From Candidatus Multivoradales bacterium (GTDB taxonomy: Bacteria; Acidobacteriota; Thermoanaerobaculia; Multivoradales; JAHEKO01): a stretch of DNA of 64,000 nucleotides. Below are positions 50,605 to 59,730 of the stretch, piece after piece. The position numbers and the translations under genes were made by a program. Each line of letters begins with the position of its first letter. Position 1 is the first letter of the stretch. The stretch lies in NCBI GenBank assembly GCA_965223155.1, contig CBDCVR010000013.1, forward strand, positions 1,120,001 through 1,184,000. The letters are read 5' to 3'. A model generated the notes under the pieces. The model ran no database searches. It had not been told where the DNA came from and saw only the letters and a program-made list of their open reading frames with translations.

Positions 50605-51429
50605 CTAGTGGAAGGTCACGAGCGGCGACTCGGATCTCGTCCCGGGAGGCGCGTGCCGTTCCGGTCCGGGACACCCCCAGGAGCGCAGATGGCAGATCGA
50701 GCACTCGGCGCTGGGCAGCCCGGCCCGCAGCTCGTCGGTCCGCACCACCACGACCGCGTCCGGTTCCTCGGTCAGGTAGTGGCATTCCTTGAGCCGGGCC
50801 AGGATCCGGGACAGCGTCTCGGGCTGGATCGAAAGATGCGAAGCCAGCGTGGCCTTCGGTACCGCCAGCTTGATCCTCTGAAGACCCGAGCCGCCCCCTG
50901 CCTTCTCGAGCAGATAGGCCATGACGCGCTGGGTGGCGTCGTGCAGGGTCAGCTTCTCGATGTGGTCCAGGAGCATCTGCTGGCGCCGATGGAAGGTCGA
51001 GGCCAGCCGCAGGCACAAGAGGCTCGAATCTTCCAGAAAGGACCGGAACGGCGCTCGCTCGAGGCTCAGGAGATGCGCCTCGCCCACCGCGCGGGCGTTG
51101 AGGTCGTGCCGGGGCGCTTCCAGGATCAAGGTCTCCTCGCCGAAGACCTCATCCTCTCCGACCAAAGCGACAATCGACTCACGGCCGTCGGCCGACTGCC
51201 GGAACAGAGCGATCTGGCCGCTCCGGACGACGAAGAACCGGTCCGCGGCCTCGCCCTGGTGGTAGAGCCAGCGGCCCGATTCCAGGCGCACCGTGCGCGC
51301 GCCGGCCAGGATCCGTTGGATCTCGTCCTCGTCCAGGCCCTCGAAAAGATAGAGCTGCCGCAGGTACTCCGGCAACCGCTCGCGGCATTCCAGAGCTAGG
51401 ACGGGATCGTCTGCGCAGGCGCGGCACAT
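50605..51429 (-). CDS. Crp/Fnr family transcriptional regulator with N- and C-terminal Cys clusters
   Basis: cNMP-like domain (LYHQGE, DGRE, FGE), HTH LASHLSIQPETLSRIL; MCRAC-x9-C N-terminus; CSICHLRSWGC C-terminus. Confidence 0.9.
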   Translation of the reverse strand: MCRACADDPVLALECRERLPEYLRQLYLFEGLDEDEIQRILAGARTVRLESGRWLYHQGEAADRFFVVRSGQIALFRQSADGRESIVALVGEDEVFGEETLILEAPRHDLNARAVGEAHLLSLERAPFRSFLEDSSLLCLRLASTFHRRQQMLLDHIEKLTLHDATQRVMAYLLEKAGGGSGLQRIKLAVPKATLASHLSIQPETLSRILARLKECHYLTEEPDAVVVVRTDELRAGLPSAECSICHLRSWGCPGPERHAPPGTRSESPLVTFH

Positions 51430-51558
51430 GGGAGGGCAATTTTGGACTGATTCGGTTCAGTTTACAAGCGGTCGAGCCGGCACATCCGGGCCAACAGCCG
51501 CGTCAACCGGCCCCAATCGGAACCAACGGTTCAGTCGGCAGGAGGCTCCGGGAACCTC

Positions 51559-52923
51559 CTAACGATCGACGTAGCCCAGCGCCGAGAGCTCGCGGCGCAG
51601 ATCTTCGTCGAGCTCGGCGGCCGCCGCCGGACCCACCGCGCTGATCTCGCTTGCGGCGAGTTCCATCGCCTCCACCGTCTGGCGCAGCCGGGAAGCGACC
51701 TCGGGACGTCGCTTCGAGAGATCACTCGCCTCCCTTGGATCGGAGGAGAGATCGAAGAGCCGGTCGGCCGGGCCGGGGCCGAGGCTGAGCTTCCACGGAA
51801 AACGCACCACGGCTCGGCGGCTGGCGCCGTAGAGGGTCGACGTGACGAAGAGACTGCGGTCCCGGTCGGCAACGGCGCCGCCCGTCGTCGCCGGCCAGAG
51901 CGACAGGCCCTCGACTTCGGACGGCGCCGCGATGCCCAAGGCGTCGAGGACCGACGGCATGACGTCGGCCAGAGAGGCCGGCTCGCTACGCCGCGCCGGC
52001 TCGACGCCGGGGCCCCACAGCACCAGGGGTACGCGCAGCACTTCCTCCCAGAGGGCGTGTCCGTGCTCGAAGCCGTCATGCTCGAAGAGCTCCTCACCGT
52101 GATCCGAGGTCAAGACCACCAGCGAGGTGTCCCATACGTTTCGCTCCTCGAGAGTACGGAAGAAGCGCTCGATCTCGAGGTCGACGAAGGCGATCTCTTC
52201 GTCGTAGGCGGCGATGATGAACTCCCGCTCGTCCGCCGGCACCCTAGGCGCTCGCTTGCGGATCTTCCGGGGCAGCACGACCGGCAGCGAGTAGCGCCCG
52301 CCGAGCGGTTCGGTGAACTTCCCGCGAAAGGGTTCCGGCGCGTCGTAGCGCATGTGCGGATCGAAGATATGGACCAGCAAGAAAAAGGGGTTCTCCTGCT
52401 GCCGAGCGATCCAGTCGAGCGCGACGTCAACGGTCTCGTCTGCCAACCGGTGGCGGCTGTTTCCCGGCTTGGTCGTACCTTCGTCGTAGTCCGAGAACCC
52501 TCGACCAAGTCCGAACTGAGCCCGCAGAAACGGGTTATTGACGATGGCCCCGGTCGCGAGCCCGTTTTCGGCGAGTAGCCCCGAGAGCGTCTCCAAACGC
52601 TCGTCTAGCCGGCTGAAGCCGCCCTCGCCACGACCGTCCGGCGACTTGCGCCCGGCGCCGTGTGTGTCCGCGAAGGTTCCGGTCAACAACGAAGCCATCG
52701 ACGGCAGCGTCCACGATGAGGTGGCCCAAGTACGGTCGAAGGACGTTCCGGAGTCTACCCATCGGTCGAGCTCCGGAGTCGTGGGGCGAGGATAGCCGGC
52801 AAAGCTCAAATGATCGTAGCGCAGCGTGTCCACCACGATCAGGATCAGGTTGCGCGGAGCCTCTCTCCCGCAACCCGCGAAAAGCACTAGAGCCGCAACC
52901 ACGCAGGCCTTGAGGTATCCCAT
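51559..52923 (-). CDS. Sulfatase/alkaline-phosphatase superfamily lipoprotein
   Basis: Lipobox FAGC, IVVDTLRYDHL, SSWTLPSMASLLTG, DPHMRY, YDEEI, SDHGE, EHG, LSALGY. Confidence 0.87.
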   Translation of the reverse strand: MGYLKACVVAALVLFAGCGREAPRNLILIVVDTLRYDHLSFAGYPRPTTPELDRWVDSGTSFDRTWATSSWTLPSMASLLTGTFADTHGAGRKSPDGRGEGGFSRLDERLETLSGLLAENGLATGAIVNNPFLRAQFGLGRGFSDYDEGTTKPGNSRHRLADETVDVALDWIARQQENPFFLLVHIFDPHMRYDAPEPFRGKFTEPLGGRYSLPVVLPRKIRKRAPRVPADEREFIIAAYDEEIAFVDLEIERFFRTLEERNVWDTSLVVLTSDHGEELFEHDGFEHGHALWEEVLRVPLVLWGPGVEPARRSEPASLADVMPSVLDALGIAAPSEVEGLSLWPATTGGAVADRDRSLFVTSTLYGASRRAVVRFPWKLSLGPGPADRLFDLSSDPREASDLSKRRPEVASRLRQTVEAMELAASEISAVGPAAAAELDEDLRRELSALGYVDR

Positions 52924-53033
52924 CGCAGGTAGACTATCGTCCTTGGAGCGTGTCCGTGACGCGCGGCGGAGGCAGCCGAGCCCCCGGCGATCCGGACAGT
53001 ACGGTCACCCAGGCCTCCCCGAACCGAAGCAGC

Positions 53034-54938
53034 ATGACCCAACGGCGAGCCCTGATCCTGGCCATTGCCGTGCTGATGGCCTGGGCTCTCGGGCTCCGCG
53101 TCTGGTACGCGAGCGCCGACTTGCGGCCGGACCGGTTCTGGGACGAGAGATACAGCGTCCCCAACGTCCACGCCGCCCTCGAAGAAGGCACGCTCAAGCC
53201 CAAGCGCTACGCGTACCTGCGCTTGACTTACTTACCTCAGGTGGCCGTCCTCGGTGGGATCCAGGCGGCGGCCCGTATCGTGCAGCCGGCCTTTTCCTGG
53301 TTCGAGGACACCGAGATGCGACCGGGAGGTTACCTCGCGTGCCGCCTGATCGCGGTCGCGATCGGCTGTCTGACAATTCTCTTGACGATACGGCTGGGGA
53401 CGCGCTTGATCTCACCCGAAGTGGGGCTCCTGGCCGGCTTCCTGGTGGCGGCCTCTCCGACTCACCTGGTCTATTCGTCCATCTTCAAGCCCGACATCGT
53501 GGTCGTCGCCACGACCTTGCTGGCCGTTCTCTGGAGCTTGAGGGCGGTCTCTGCCGCTTCCGTCGGCGCGTACCTTCTGGCCGGCGTCGGAATCGGTCTG
53601 GCGCTCTCGAGCAAACCGACCGGCGGCGCGACGGCCGTGCCGCTGGCACTGGCCGCGGGCTGGCTCGGTTGGCGAAATCGGCGCCACTGGCTGGGGCTGG
53701 TTTCGGCAGCGCTGGTCTCGGCCTCGATCTTCCTGGCGCTGAATCCTTTCCCCAGGTATCTCTCGGCCTTCCGCCTACAGCGGAACCGATACGACTCGGT
53801 GGCCCTCAGAAAAGGCACCCTGGGCGATCCCGTCGCCACCGCCCGGCACGTGTTCAGAACCTTGTTCGAGGGTGCCCACGGCCCGATCGTAGGGACGCTT
53901 GCCGCGGCCGGCGTCGTGGTTCTGCTGGTGCTCGTCTGGCGGCGGCGCGGAACGTCCGGAGGCCGAGATCTTGCGATGGCGCTGACCTTCCCCGTGGTCT
54001 TCAGCGTCCTCTACGGTCTGGTCACCCAGAATGTGCTTCCGAATAACTTTCTGCCGGTGTTGCCATATACCGCGCTGGCCGCGGCGTTCGTCCTGGCCGC
54101 CGTCGGGCGGGGTCTGGCGAACCTCGTCGCCGTCGAGCTCTCCGCAGTGGTGAAGTGGCCCGCCGTCGCCGCCTTGCTCTTGGTGGCGGCGCAACCGGCA
54201 CAGCTCCGGGCCTATCGGGTCTTGGTCCCGACCACCGCAGAACGGGCTACGGCGAAGGTCGAGCAGTCGCTCGCGGAGCACGAGCTCCCTTGGCTCGGCG
54301 TCGAGCCGGATCCCCGCATGCCGGCAGTCGGTCGCGACCCGGGACCTCCCCATCGGCCGCTTCCGGGGACCCACCTCTGGACGCATGAACGCCTTTCCGA
54401 CGAGGGCTCGAGGCAACTCGATGCGGCCGACGCCCTGATCTTTCCGGCAGCGCGGCTTGAACCAGGCACGACCCTGCAAGCCTACCGGCGCCTGATGCGG
54501 AGGGGCACCCGCTTCGACGTTCATCCCAAGTGGTTTCGAGCCCGCGGGCCGTCTCAGGTCGTCGTGCTGCACCCGTGGCGGCTGACGTCACGCGAAAAGC
54601 GCACTCTGGCGCCATCGGCAGGACCGGGGCGGTACGCAACGAGTCTTCGGTCGGCGCCGGGAGAGCGCCGCGTCGCCGCTCTCCGCTTCGTCGCAGCGGG
54701 GGACGAGACGAGCTCCCGGCCCTCGGTCCGCGCCCGCCGCGGTCTCAACCTCCTCGCCAGAACGACTCGGGGAAAGACCGTCTGGACCACCGACCGGTTT
54801 CTCTTGGAGCCTGGCGGCGAGACCGCGATCCGCATCAACCTTCCCTGGGAGGCGATCCGGCGCCCGGACGGGACTCTGGAGGTCACGAGCTTCCAGTGGA
54901 CCCCCGCAACACCGGACTCGGCGACGGACCGGGACTAA
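53034..54938 (+). CDS. GT-C (ArnT/PMT, family 39-like) membrane glycosyltransferase; alternative start GTG 52950
   Basis: N-terminal TM then WDE loop, many TM helices, KPD, GLALSSKP, soluble C-terminal domain. Confidence 0.75.
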   Translation: MTQRRALILAIAVLMAWALGLRVWYASADLRPDRFWDERYSVPNVHAALEEGTLKPKRYAYLRLTYLPQVAVLGGIQAAARIVQPAFSWFEDTEMRPGGYLACRLIAVAIGCLTILLTIRLGTRLISPEVGLLAGFLVAASPTHLVYSSIFKPDIVVVATTLLAVLWSLRAVSAASVGAYLLAGVGIGLALSSKPTGGATAVPLALAAGWLGWRNRRHWLGLVSAALVSASIFLALNPFPRYLSAFRLQRNRYDSVALRKGTLGDPVATARHVFRTLFEGAHGPIVGTLAAAGVVVLLVLVWRRRGTSGGRDLAMALTFPVVFSVLYGLVTQNVLPNNFLPVLPYTALAAAFVLAAVGRGLANLVAVELSAVVKWPAVAALLLVAAQPAQLRAYRVLVPTTAERATAKVEQSLAEHELPWLGVEPDPRMPAVGRDPGPPHRPLPGTHLWTHERLSDEGSRQLDAADALIFPAARLEPGTTLQAYRRLMRRGTRFDVHPKWFRARGPSQVVVLHPWRLTSREKRTLAPSAGPGRYATSLRSAPGERRVAALRFVAAGDETSSRPSVRARRGLNLLARTTRGKTVWTTDRFLLEPGGETAIRINLPWEAIRRPDGTLEVTSFQWTPATPDSATDRD

Positions 54939-55011
54939 GGCCGGCCTCTCCACAAGCTCGCTACAGCCCGCTCACGGGCCTTGGCATCCGCCGACTTCGT
55001 CGGCAGCCTGT

Positions 55012-56283
55012 TTAGGCTTCGGGCTCTGCGTAGCAGAACAGATGGCCGCGCGTCCGAACCAGCAGGCAGCCGTCGGCGATCGCCGGAGACGCCACCAGGT
55101 CGCTGTCCGGAACCTTACTCTCGCCCAGCAGCTCGAATTCGTCGGTAGCGGCGACGGTCGTAACCACTCCTTCCCGGCTCATCGCGTAGAGCTTGCCGTC
55201 GCCCGCCACGAGCGAGGCGATGTAGTTGCCGGACTTGATGCGATTCTTCCACAGGACCCTGCCGGTGGCGGGATCCAGGCTCACGATGAAGCCTTTCTCG
55301 TGCAGCGAGAACAGGCGACCGTTGTAGAGAACCGGGGACGAGGTTCCTGGAACCATCCGTGCCGAGCTCCAGAGCGGCGCACCCGCTTCCCCGGCGCCCG
55401 GTCCCACCTTCCAGCAATTGGCTTCGCGTACCTGATGAGCGCCGGTCGTGGAGCAGATGAGCTCGCCTTCGCCCACCGGGCTTGCCACCGGCTGGTTGAC
55501 CTTCTGCGGAGTCTCCCAGCGCTTCTCCCCGGTCGCGGCATCGTAGACCGCGAGGTGCCCCGAGTGGGACACCACCAGCTCGGAGCTCTCGCCGGAGGAA
55601 CGAACGATCGGGGTCGCGTACGAACAGCACCCGGTGCTCCATTCCGTTCTCCAGAGCTCCTCGCCGCTCTTCTTCGAATAAGCGGCCAGGAAGCCGGGGT
55701 AGCCGTCCCGGTTCCTCTCGCGATCGCGGAAGACGATCACCTTGTCGTCGACGAGAATCGGCGAAGCGCCGGCGCCGTACCGCGAGTACTCCACGTAATC
55801 CGGGTCGATCTCCTCCAGCCACCGGATCGCGCCCTCGAAATCCAGCGCGGCCAGATGGGAGCCAAAGTACACGAAGATGTCGTGGCCGTCGCTGGCCGGC
55901 GTCGTTCCGGCCGAACTGTGCAGTCGGTGCAGTTGCTCGACAGGTCGGCTCACGACGGCGGTCTGCCAGAGAGACTTCCCCGCGGTCAGGTCGAAGGCCG
56001 CCACCTTGAGATCGACGCCCGAGGCTTGCTTTTCCGCGAACGTGAGCAGAACCGTTCCGCGCGCCACGACCGGCGACGAGGTCCCACGGCCGGGCAGCTT
56101 CGTCTGCCACCTGAGAGCGTCTCCCGATTCGTCCCAAGCAGCCGGCAGCCTGGTCTCCGCGGAGACGCCGAGACCGCCCTGCCCACGCCATTGAGGCCAT
56201 TCGAGTGTCGGCTCCTGCCGAGCGCACGCCGGGCTCAGAGCCACCATCAAGACTACAAGCGCAATGCGATACCAGACTGTCAT
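55012..56283 (-). CDS. PQQ-like beta-propeller lipoprotein (BamB-like)
   Basis: Lipobox-like SPAC, WPQWRG, repeated SSP/ASP...TG..LW blades. Confidence 0.85.
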   Translation of the reverse strand: MTVWYRIALVVLMVALSPACARQEPTLEWPQWRGQGGLGVSAETRLPAAWDESGDALRWQTKLPGRGTSSPVVARGTVLLTFAEKQASGVDLKVAAFDLTAGKSLWQTAVVSRPVEQLHRLHSSAGTTPASDGHDIFVYFGSHLAALDFEGAIRWLEEIDPDYVEYSRYGAGASPILVDDKVIVFRDRERNRDGYPGFLAAYSKKSGEELWRTEWSTGCCSYATPIVRSSGESSELVVSHSGHLAVYDAATGEKRWETPQKVNQPVASPVGEGELICSTTGAHQVREANCWKVGPGAGEAGAPLWSSARMVPGTSSPVLYNGRLFSLHEKGFIVSLDPATGRVLWKNRIKSGNYIASLVAGDGKLYAMSREGVVTTVAATDEFELLGESKVPDSDLVASPAIADGCLLVRTRGHLFCYAEPEA

Positions 56284-56487
56284 CTGTTTCCCTCCGGGAG
56301 TCGTCCGCTCCGAGGACCGCGGCCGGTCGGCCGCCGGTCGGCCGGATGTTTCGCTCGTGACTCAAGGCGCCGTCGAGTCGAAGAAAGCCGGTCTCGCCGG
56401 ATCCCGCCCGGCCGCCTCGGCGGGACAGTACCAGGATTTCGCCGCTCGGAGACCGGGTCGTCCACTTCGAAGGTCCAGAGCCTTCGC

Positions 56488-56501
56488 TTGACCGAGATCA
56501 A
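56488..56501. promoter_or_regulatory. FNR/ANR/DNR-type binding site
   Basis: TTGAC-CGAG-ATCAA, 9/10 match to TTGAT-N4-ATCAA, with TAGCCT at 56525-56530 giving class II spacing toward the TonB receptor. Confidence 0.6.
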
Positions 56502-56731
56502 GGCGCAGCCCGCCGCGGCTTGCGTAGCCTTCGAGGGCGGCGGCGCTTCGGCGCGCTGTTTGGGCCCGTGCCCGCTCCAGATCCCAACGAACGACAATTG
56601 TCGATTCGACCATGAAGACTGCCAGCCTGCGCCGCCTCGGCCTCCCTGTGTCTACGCGCACGCGGGCTGCGATCGTGACTGGAGACAGGCTCCCGAGGCG
56701 AGGTGCGACCGAGACTGCGGCAACGGAAAGG

Positions 56732-59170
56732 ATGACACTAGCTCGAAGAACGCTAACGGCTCTTGCGGTCACGGCCGCCTTTTCTTGGAATCCGGCCCCG
56801 CTCGAAGCCTCGGCTCCCGGTGCAACGCCCGAACCGGCCACCCGATTCGCCAGCGAAGCGGCCAGGCCGGCCTCCGCTCCTCAGTCCCAGATCAGGCCCG
56901 AAACCAAGTCGGAGTTGGCCGCGGAGGAACCGGCGCCGCGGTCCGGGACTCCAGCGATCGAGACTTCGCCGGCCGCAGCTTCGGCGGCCGGCGCTTCACG
57001 GACCGAGACCTTCTCAGCCGGCGGCACCGACGCCGAGCCGGAGCGCCTCTTCGAAGAACTCCTGGTCATCGGCTCCGCCGAAGCCGCCCGGCACATACCC
57101 GGCTCGGCCCATTTCCTCTCCAAAGAGGCGGTCGAGCGCCAGGAGTACTCGGACGTCCACCGGGTCCTGCGACAAATCCCGGGCGTCAACATCCAAGAGG
57201 AAGAAGGCTACGGACTGCGGCCCAACATCGGGATCCGGGGCACCGGAGTCAATCGCAGCGAGAAGATCACCTTGATGGAAGACGGGGTCCTGATCGCTCC
57301 GGCACCCTACTCCGCTCCAGCCGCCTACTACGCACCCACCGCCGGCCGCATGGAGAGCTTCGAGATCCGCAAGGGCTCGACCTCCATCCGCCAGGGTCCG
57401 TACACGAACGGCGGCACGGTGAACTACGTCTCGACCGCCATCCCGGGAGCCCTGCGAGCCAAGGCCGAGCTGGCAGCCGGCGGCGAGGGTCTGCGCCGGG
57501 CCGCCGCCTGGGTGGGCGATTCGGGCGAGCGCTGGGGCTGGCTTTTCGAGACCTTCCAGCTCGAGACCGACGGTTTCAAGCGTCTGGACGGCGGCGGCAA
57601 CACCGGCGTTGACTTGGAGGACTACGTCGGCAAGCTGCGGTTCACGAGCGCGCCCTCGGCCCGCATCTACCAAGCGGTCGAGGTCAAGCTCGGCTCGACG
57701 GATCAGCTCGGCCAGGAAACCTATCTGGGCCTCACCGCGGACGACTTTCGGGCCGATCCGTACCGGCGCTACGCCGCCTCCCAGGGCGATCACATCGAAT
57801 CGGATCATCAGCAGTTCCAGGTGAGCTACTTCGCCCAGCCGGCCGACCGTTTCAGTCTGACGGCGACCGCCTACCGCAACGACTTCTTCCGCAACTGGTT
57901 CAAGCTCGAACGCGTCTCGGACGTCTCGATTGCCACCGTCCTCGAACAGCCGGCCGACCATCCCCGCGAGCTCGCCATCCTGCGTGGCGAGATCGACAGC
58001 CAACCGGGCGAGCTGCGGGTTCGCAACAACCGGCGGGACTACTACTCCGAAGGAATCCAGGCCGTTCTCGAATGGCAGCTAGGACCGGCCGAGGCGCGGC
58101 ACGACCTGGACGTCGGCGTCCGCTTCCACCGGGACGGGGAGGATCGTTTCCAGGAAGAGGATCGTTTCCAGATGCTCGGCGGCCGGCGGACCCTGACCGC
58201 GCTGGGCGACCCGGGCAGCAACGCCAACCGCATCGCCTCGGCCCAAGCCTGGGCCGTCTTCGTCCAGGACACCATCGCCCGCGGGCGCTGGACCTGGAGT
58301 CCGGGCCTGCGCGTCGAATCGATCGATCTCGAGCGCCAGGACTTCGGGCGCGCGGATCCCGACCGGTCCGGCACCGATCTGGCCCTGCGCGCCAACGCGA
58401 TCACCGAGTGGATCCCGGGCCTGGGAGTGAACTTTCGGATCGACGAGCGCACCAGCCTCTTCGGGGGACTGCATCGCGGTTTCTCACCCCCGAGCCCCAG
58501 CTCGACCCGGGACGTGCGCGCTGAAGAGAGTCTCAATTTCGAGCTGGGCTGGCGCTTTCGCGACCACCGGCTGAGCGCCGAGGCGGTGGGGTTTTTCAAC
58601 GACTACGACAACCTCCTGGGCAACGACACCGTGGCCACCGGAGGCGAAGGCACCGGCGATCAGTTCAACGGCGGCAAGGTTCGGGTCCATGGACTCGAGG
58701 CCTCCGCGAGCTTCGACCTCGTCGCCGGCCGGACCCGCATGCCCCTCCGCATGGCCTACACCTGGACCCGCGGCGAGTTCCAGGAGAGCTTCGAGACCAG
58801 CTTCTCGGACTGGGCGCCCTTCGTGCGCAAAGGCGATGCCGTGCCCTACATTCCCGAGCACCAGCTCTTTGCCGGCATCAGCTTGGAGCGGGAGCGCTGG
58901 GCGGCCCATCTGGACGGCACCGTAACCGGCAAGATGCGGACTCGGGCGGGCTCGGGACCGGTTCCCGAGAGCGAATCGATCGGATCGCGAGCCGTCTTCG
59001 ATCTGCGAACCGAGTTCCGCGTCAACGACCGGATCCGCCTCTGGAGCCAGATCCTGAACCTGACCGACCACGTCTACGTCGCCGGCCGGCGGCCCGCCGG
59101 GCTGCGTCCGGGCCGGCCCCGCGCCCTCCTCTTCGGCGTCCGCTTCGACCTCGCCCGTGCCAACCGCTGA
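56732..59170 (+). CDS. TonB-dependent outer-membrane receptor, FecA-like
   Basis: Signal peptide, plug motifs LRQIPGVNIQEEEGYGLRPNIGIRG and SEKITLMEDGV.IAPAPY, beta-barrel, NLTD..Y...RPAGLRPGRPR; ATG 56732 with GGAAAGG SD. Confidence 0.92.
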   Translation: MTLARRTLTALAVTAAFSWNPAPLEASAPGATPEPATRFASEAARPASAPQSQIRPETKSELAAEEPAPRSGTPAIETSPAAASAAGASRTETFSAGGTDAEPERLFEELLVIGSAEAARHIPGSAHFLSKEAVERQEYSDVHRVLRQIPGVNIQEEEGYGLRPNIGIRGTGVNRSEKITLMEDGVLIAPAPYSAPAAYYAPTAGRMESFEIRKGSTSIRQGPYTNGGTVNYVSTAIPGALRAKAELAAGGEGLRRAAAWVGDSGERWGWLFETFQLETDGFKRLDGGGNTGVDLEDYVGKLRFTSAPSARIYQAVEVKLGSTDQLGQETYLGLTADDFRADPYRRYAASQGDHIESDHQQFQVSYFAQPADRFSLTATAYRNDFFRNWFKLERVSDVSIATVLEQPADHPRELAILRGEIDSQPGELRVRNNRRDYYSEGIQAVLEWQLGPAEARHDLDVGVRFHRDGEDRFQEEDRFQMLGGRRTLTALGDPGSNANRIASAQAWAVFVQDTIARGRWTWSPGLRVESIDLERQDFGRADPDRSGTDLALRANAITEWIPGLGVNFRIDERTSLFGGLHRGFSPPSPSSTRDVRAEESLNFELGWRFRDHRLSAEAVGFFNDYDNLLGNDTVATGGEGTGDQFNGGKVRVHGLEASASFDLVAGRTRMPLRMAYTWTRGEFQESFETSFSDWAPFVRKGDAVPYIPEHQLFAGISLERERWAAHLDGTVTGKMRTRAGSGPVPESESIGSRAVFDLRTEFRVNDRIRLWSQILNLTDHVYVAGRRPAGLRPGRPRALLFGVRFDLARANR

Positions 59171-59180
59171 TGGCCGGCTG

Positions 59181-59384
59181 ATGGCCAAGAAGCTCAAGGC
59201 ATCCTGCTGCGAGAAGTTCCGGACCAAGGACAAGAACGCCTGCAAGCGCTGTCCGGCCCTGGCGCTGCTGCGCCGGCTCGAAGCCAACCGGCGGTCGGCT
59301 TCGGGCACTCGGGGCCGCCTGTCCGAGAAGAAACGACGCAAGCGCCTCAAGAAGGCGGCACGCAGCCTGCGCGAGGCGGCGTAG
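59181..59384 (+). CDS. 67-aa basic protein with an FhuF-type CC-x10-C-x2-C motif
   Basis: MAKKLKASCCEKFRTKDKNACKRCP...; start linked to the receptor stop by TGATG overlaps. Confidence 0.7.
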   Translation: MAKKLKASCCEKFRTKDKNACKRCPALALLRRLEANRRSASGTRGRLSEKKRRKRLKKAARSLREAA

Positions 59385-59512
59385 CGCCCGAAGGCCAGAA
59401 TCGGGCGCCCAGTACCCGGCGGCCGCAAACGCCGGCGAGACGGCGACGACCCGCTAGCGCGGCCGGGACTCTGCCGCGGTCTTGCGCCCGGCGAAGAGCA
59501 GCGTCAATCCAA

Positions 59513-59680
59513 CTAGTGCTGATTCCGGAAGAAGCTCACCGCCGCGCGCCGGGCCGTGGGCGTCACCATCTTCTTTGCAGCGCTTCTCTTCAACGCCTCC
59601 TTGCAAAGCGTCACATCCGCGAGCGCCGTCTTCAGTCGCCGATTCTCTTGCTTGAGCTCCTTCAACCGACGGGCCTCCCC
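59513..59680 (-). pseudogene. IS3-family transposase remnant (OrfA end/OrfB start)
   Basis: EARRLKELKQENRRLKTALADVTL.KEALK then MVTPTARRAAV; the OrfA-like end EALQRRW* is offset by 1 nt; no DDE domain or terminal repeats. Confidence 0.75.
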
Positions 59681-59730
59681 AGTTGCTGGCACGCACGCCA
59701 ACCACCTTTTCGTTCGTCTAGAATGCTCGC

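Noticed and set aside
56284-56731. Possible cobalamin riboswitch before the TonB receptor (GAAGACTGCC at about 56614)
   Set aside because: The conserved GGGAA, GCCCCCGCAACTGT and GCCACTG core elements were not found
59455-59475. Possible second att copy resembling the tRNA-Lys 3' end (GGGACTC)
   Set aside because: The match is too short and degenerate to support a direct repeat
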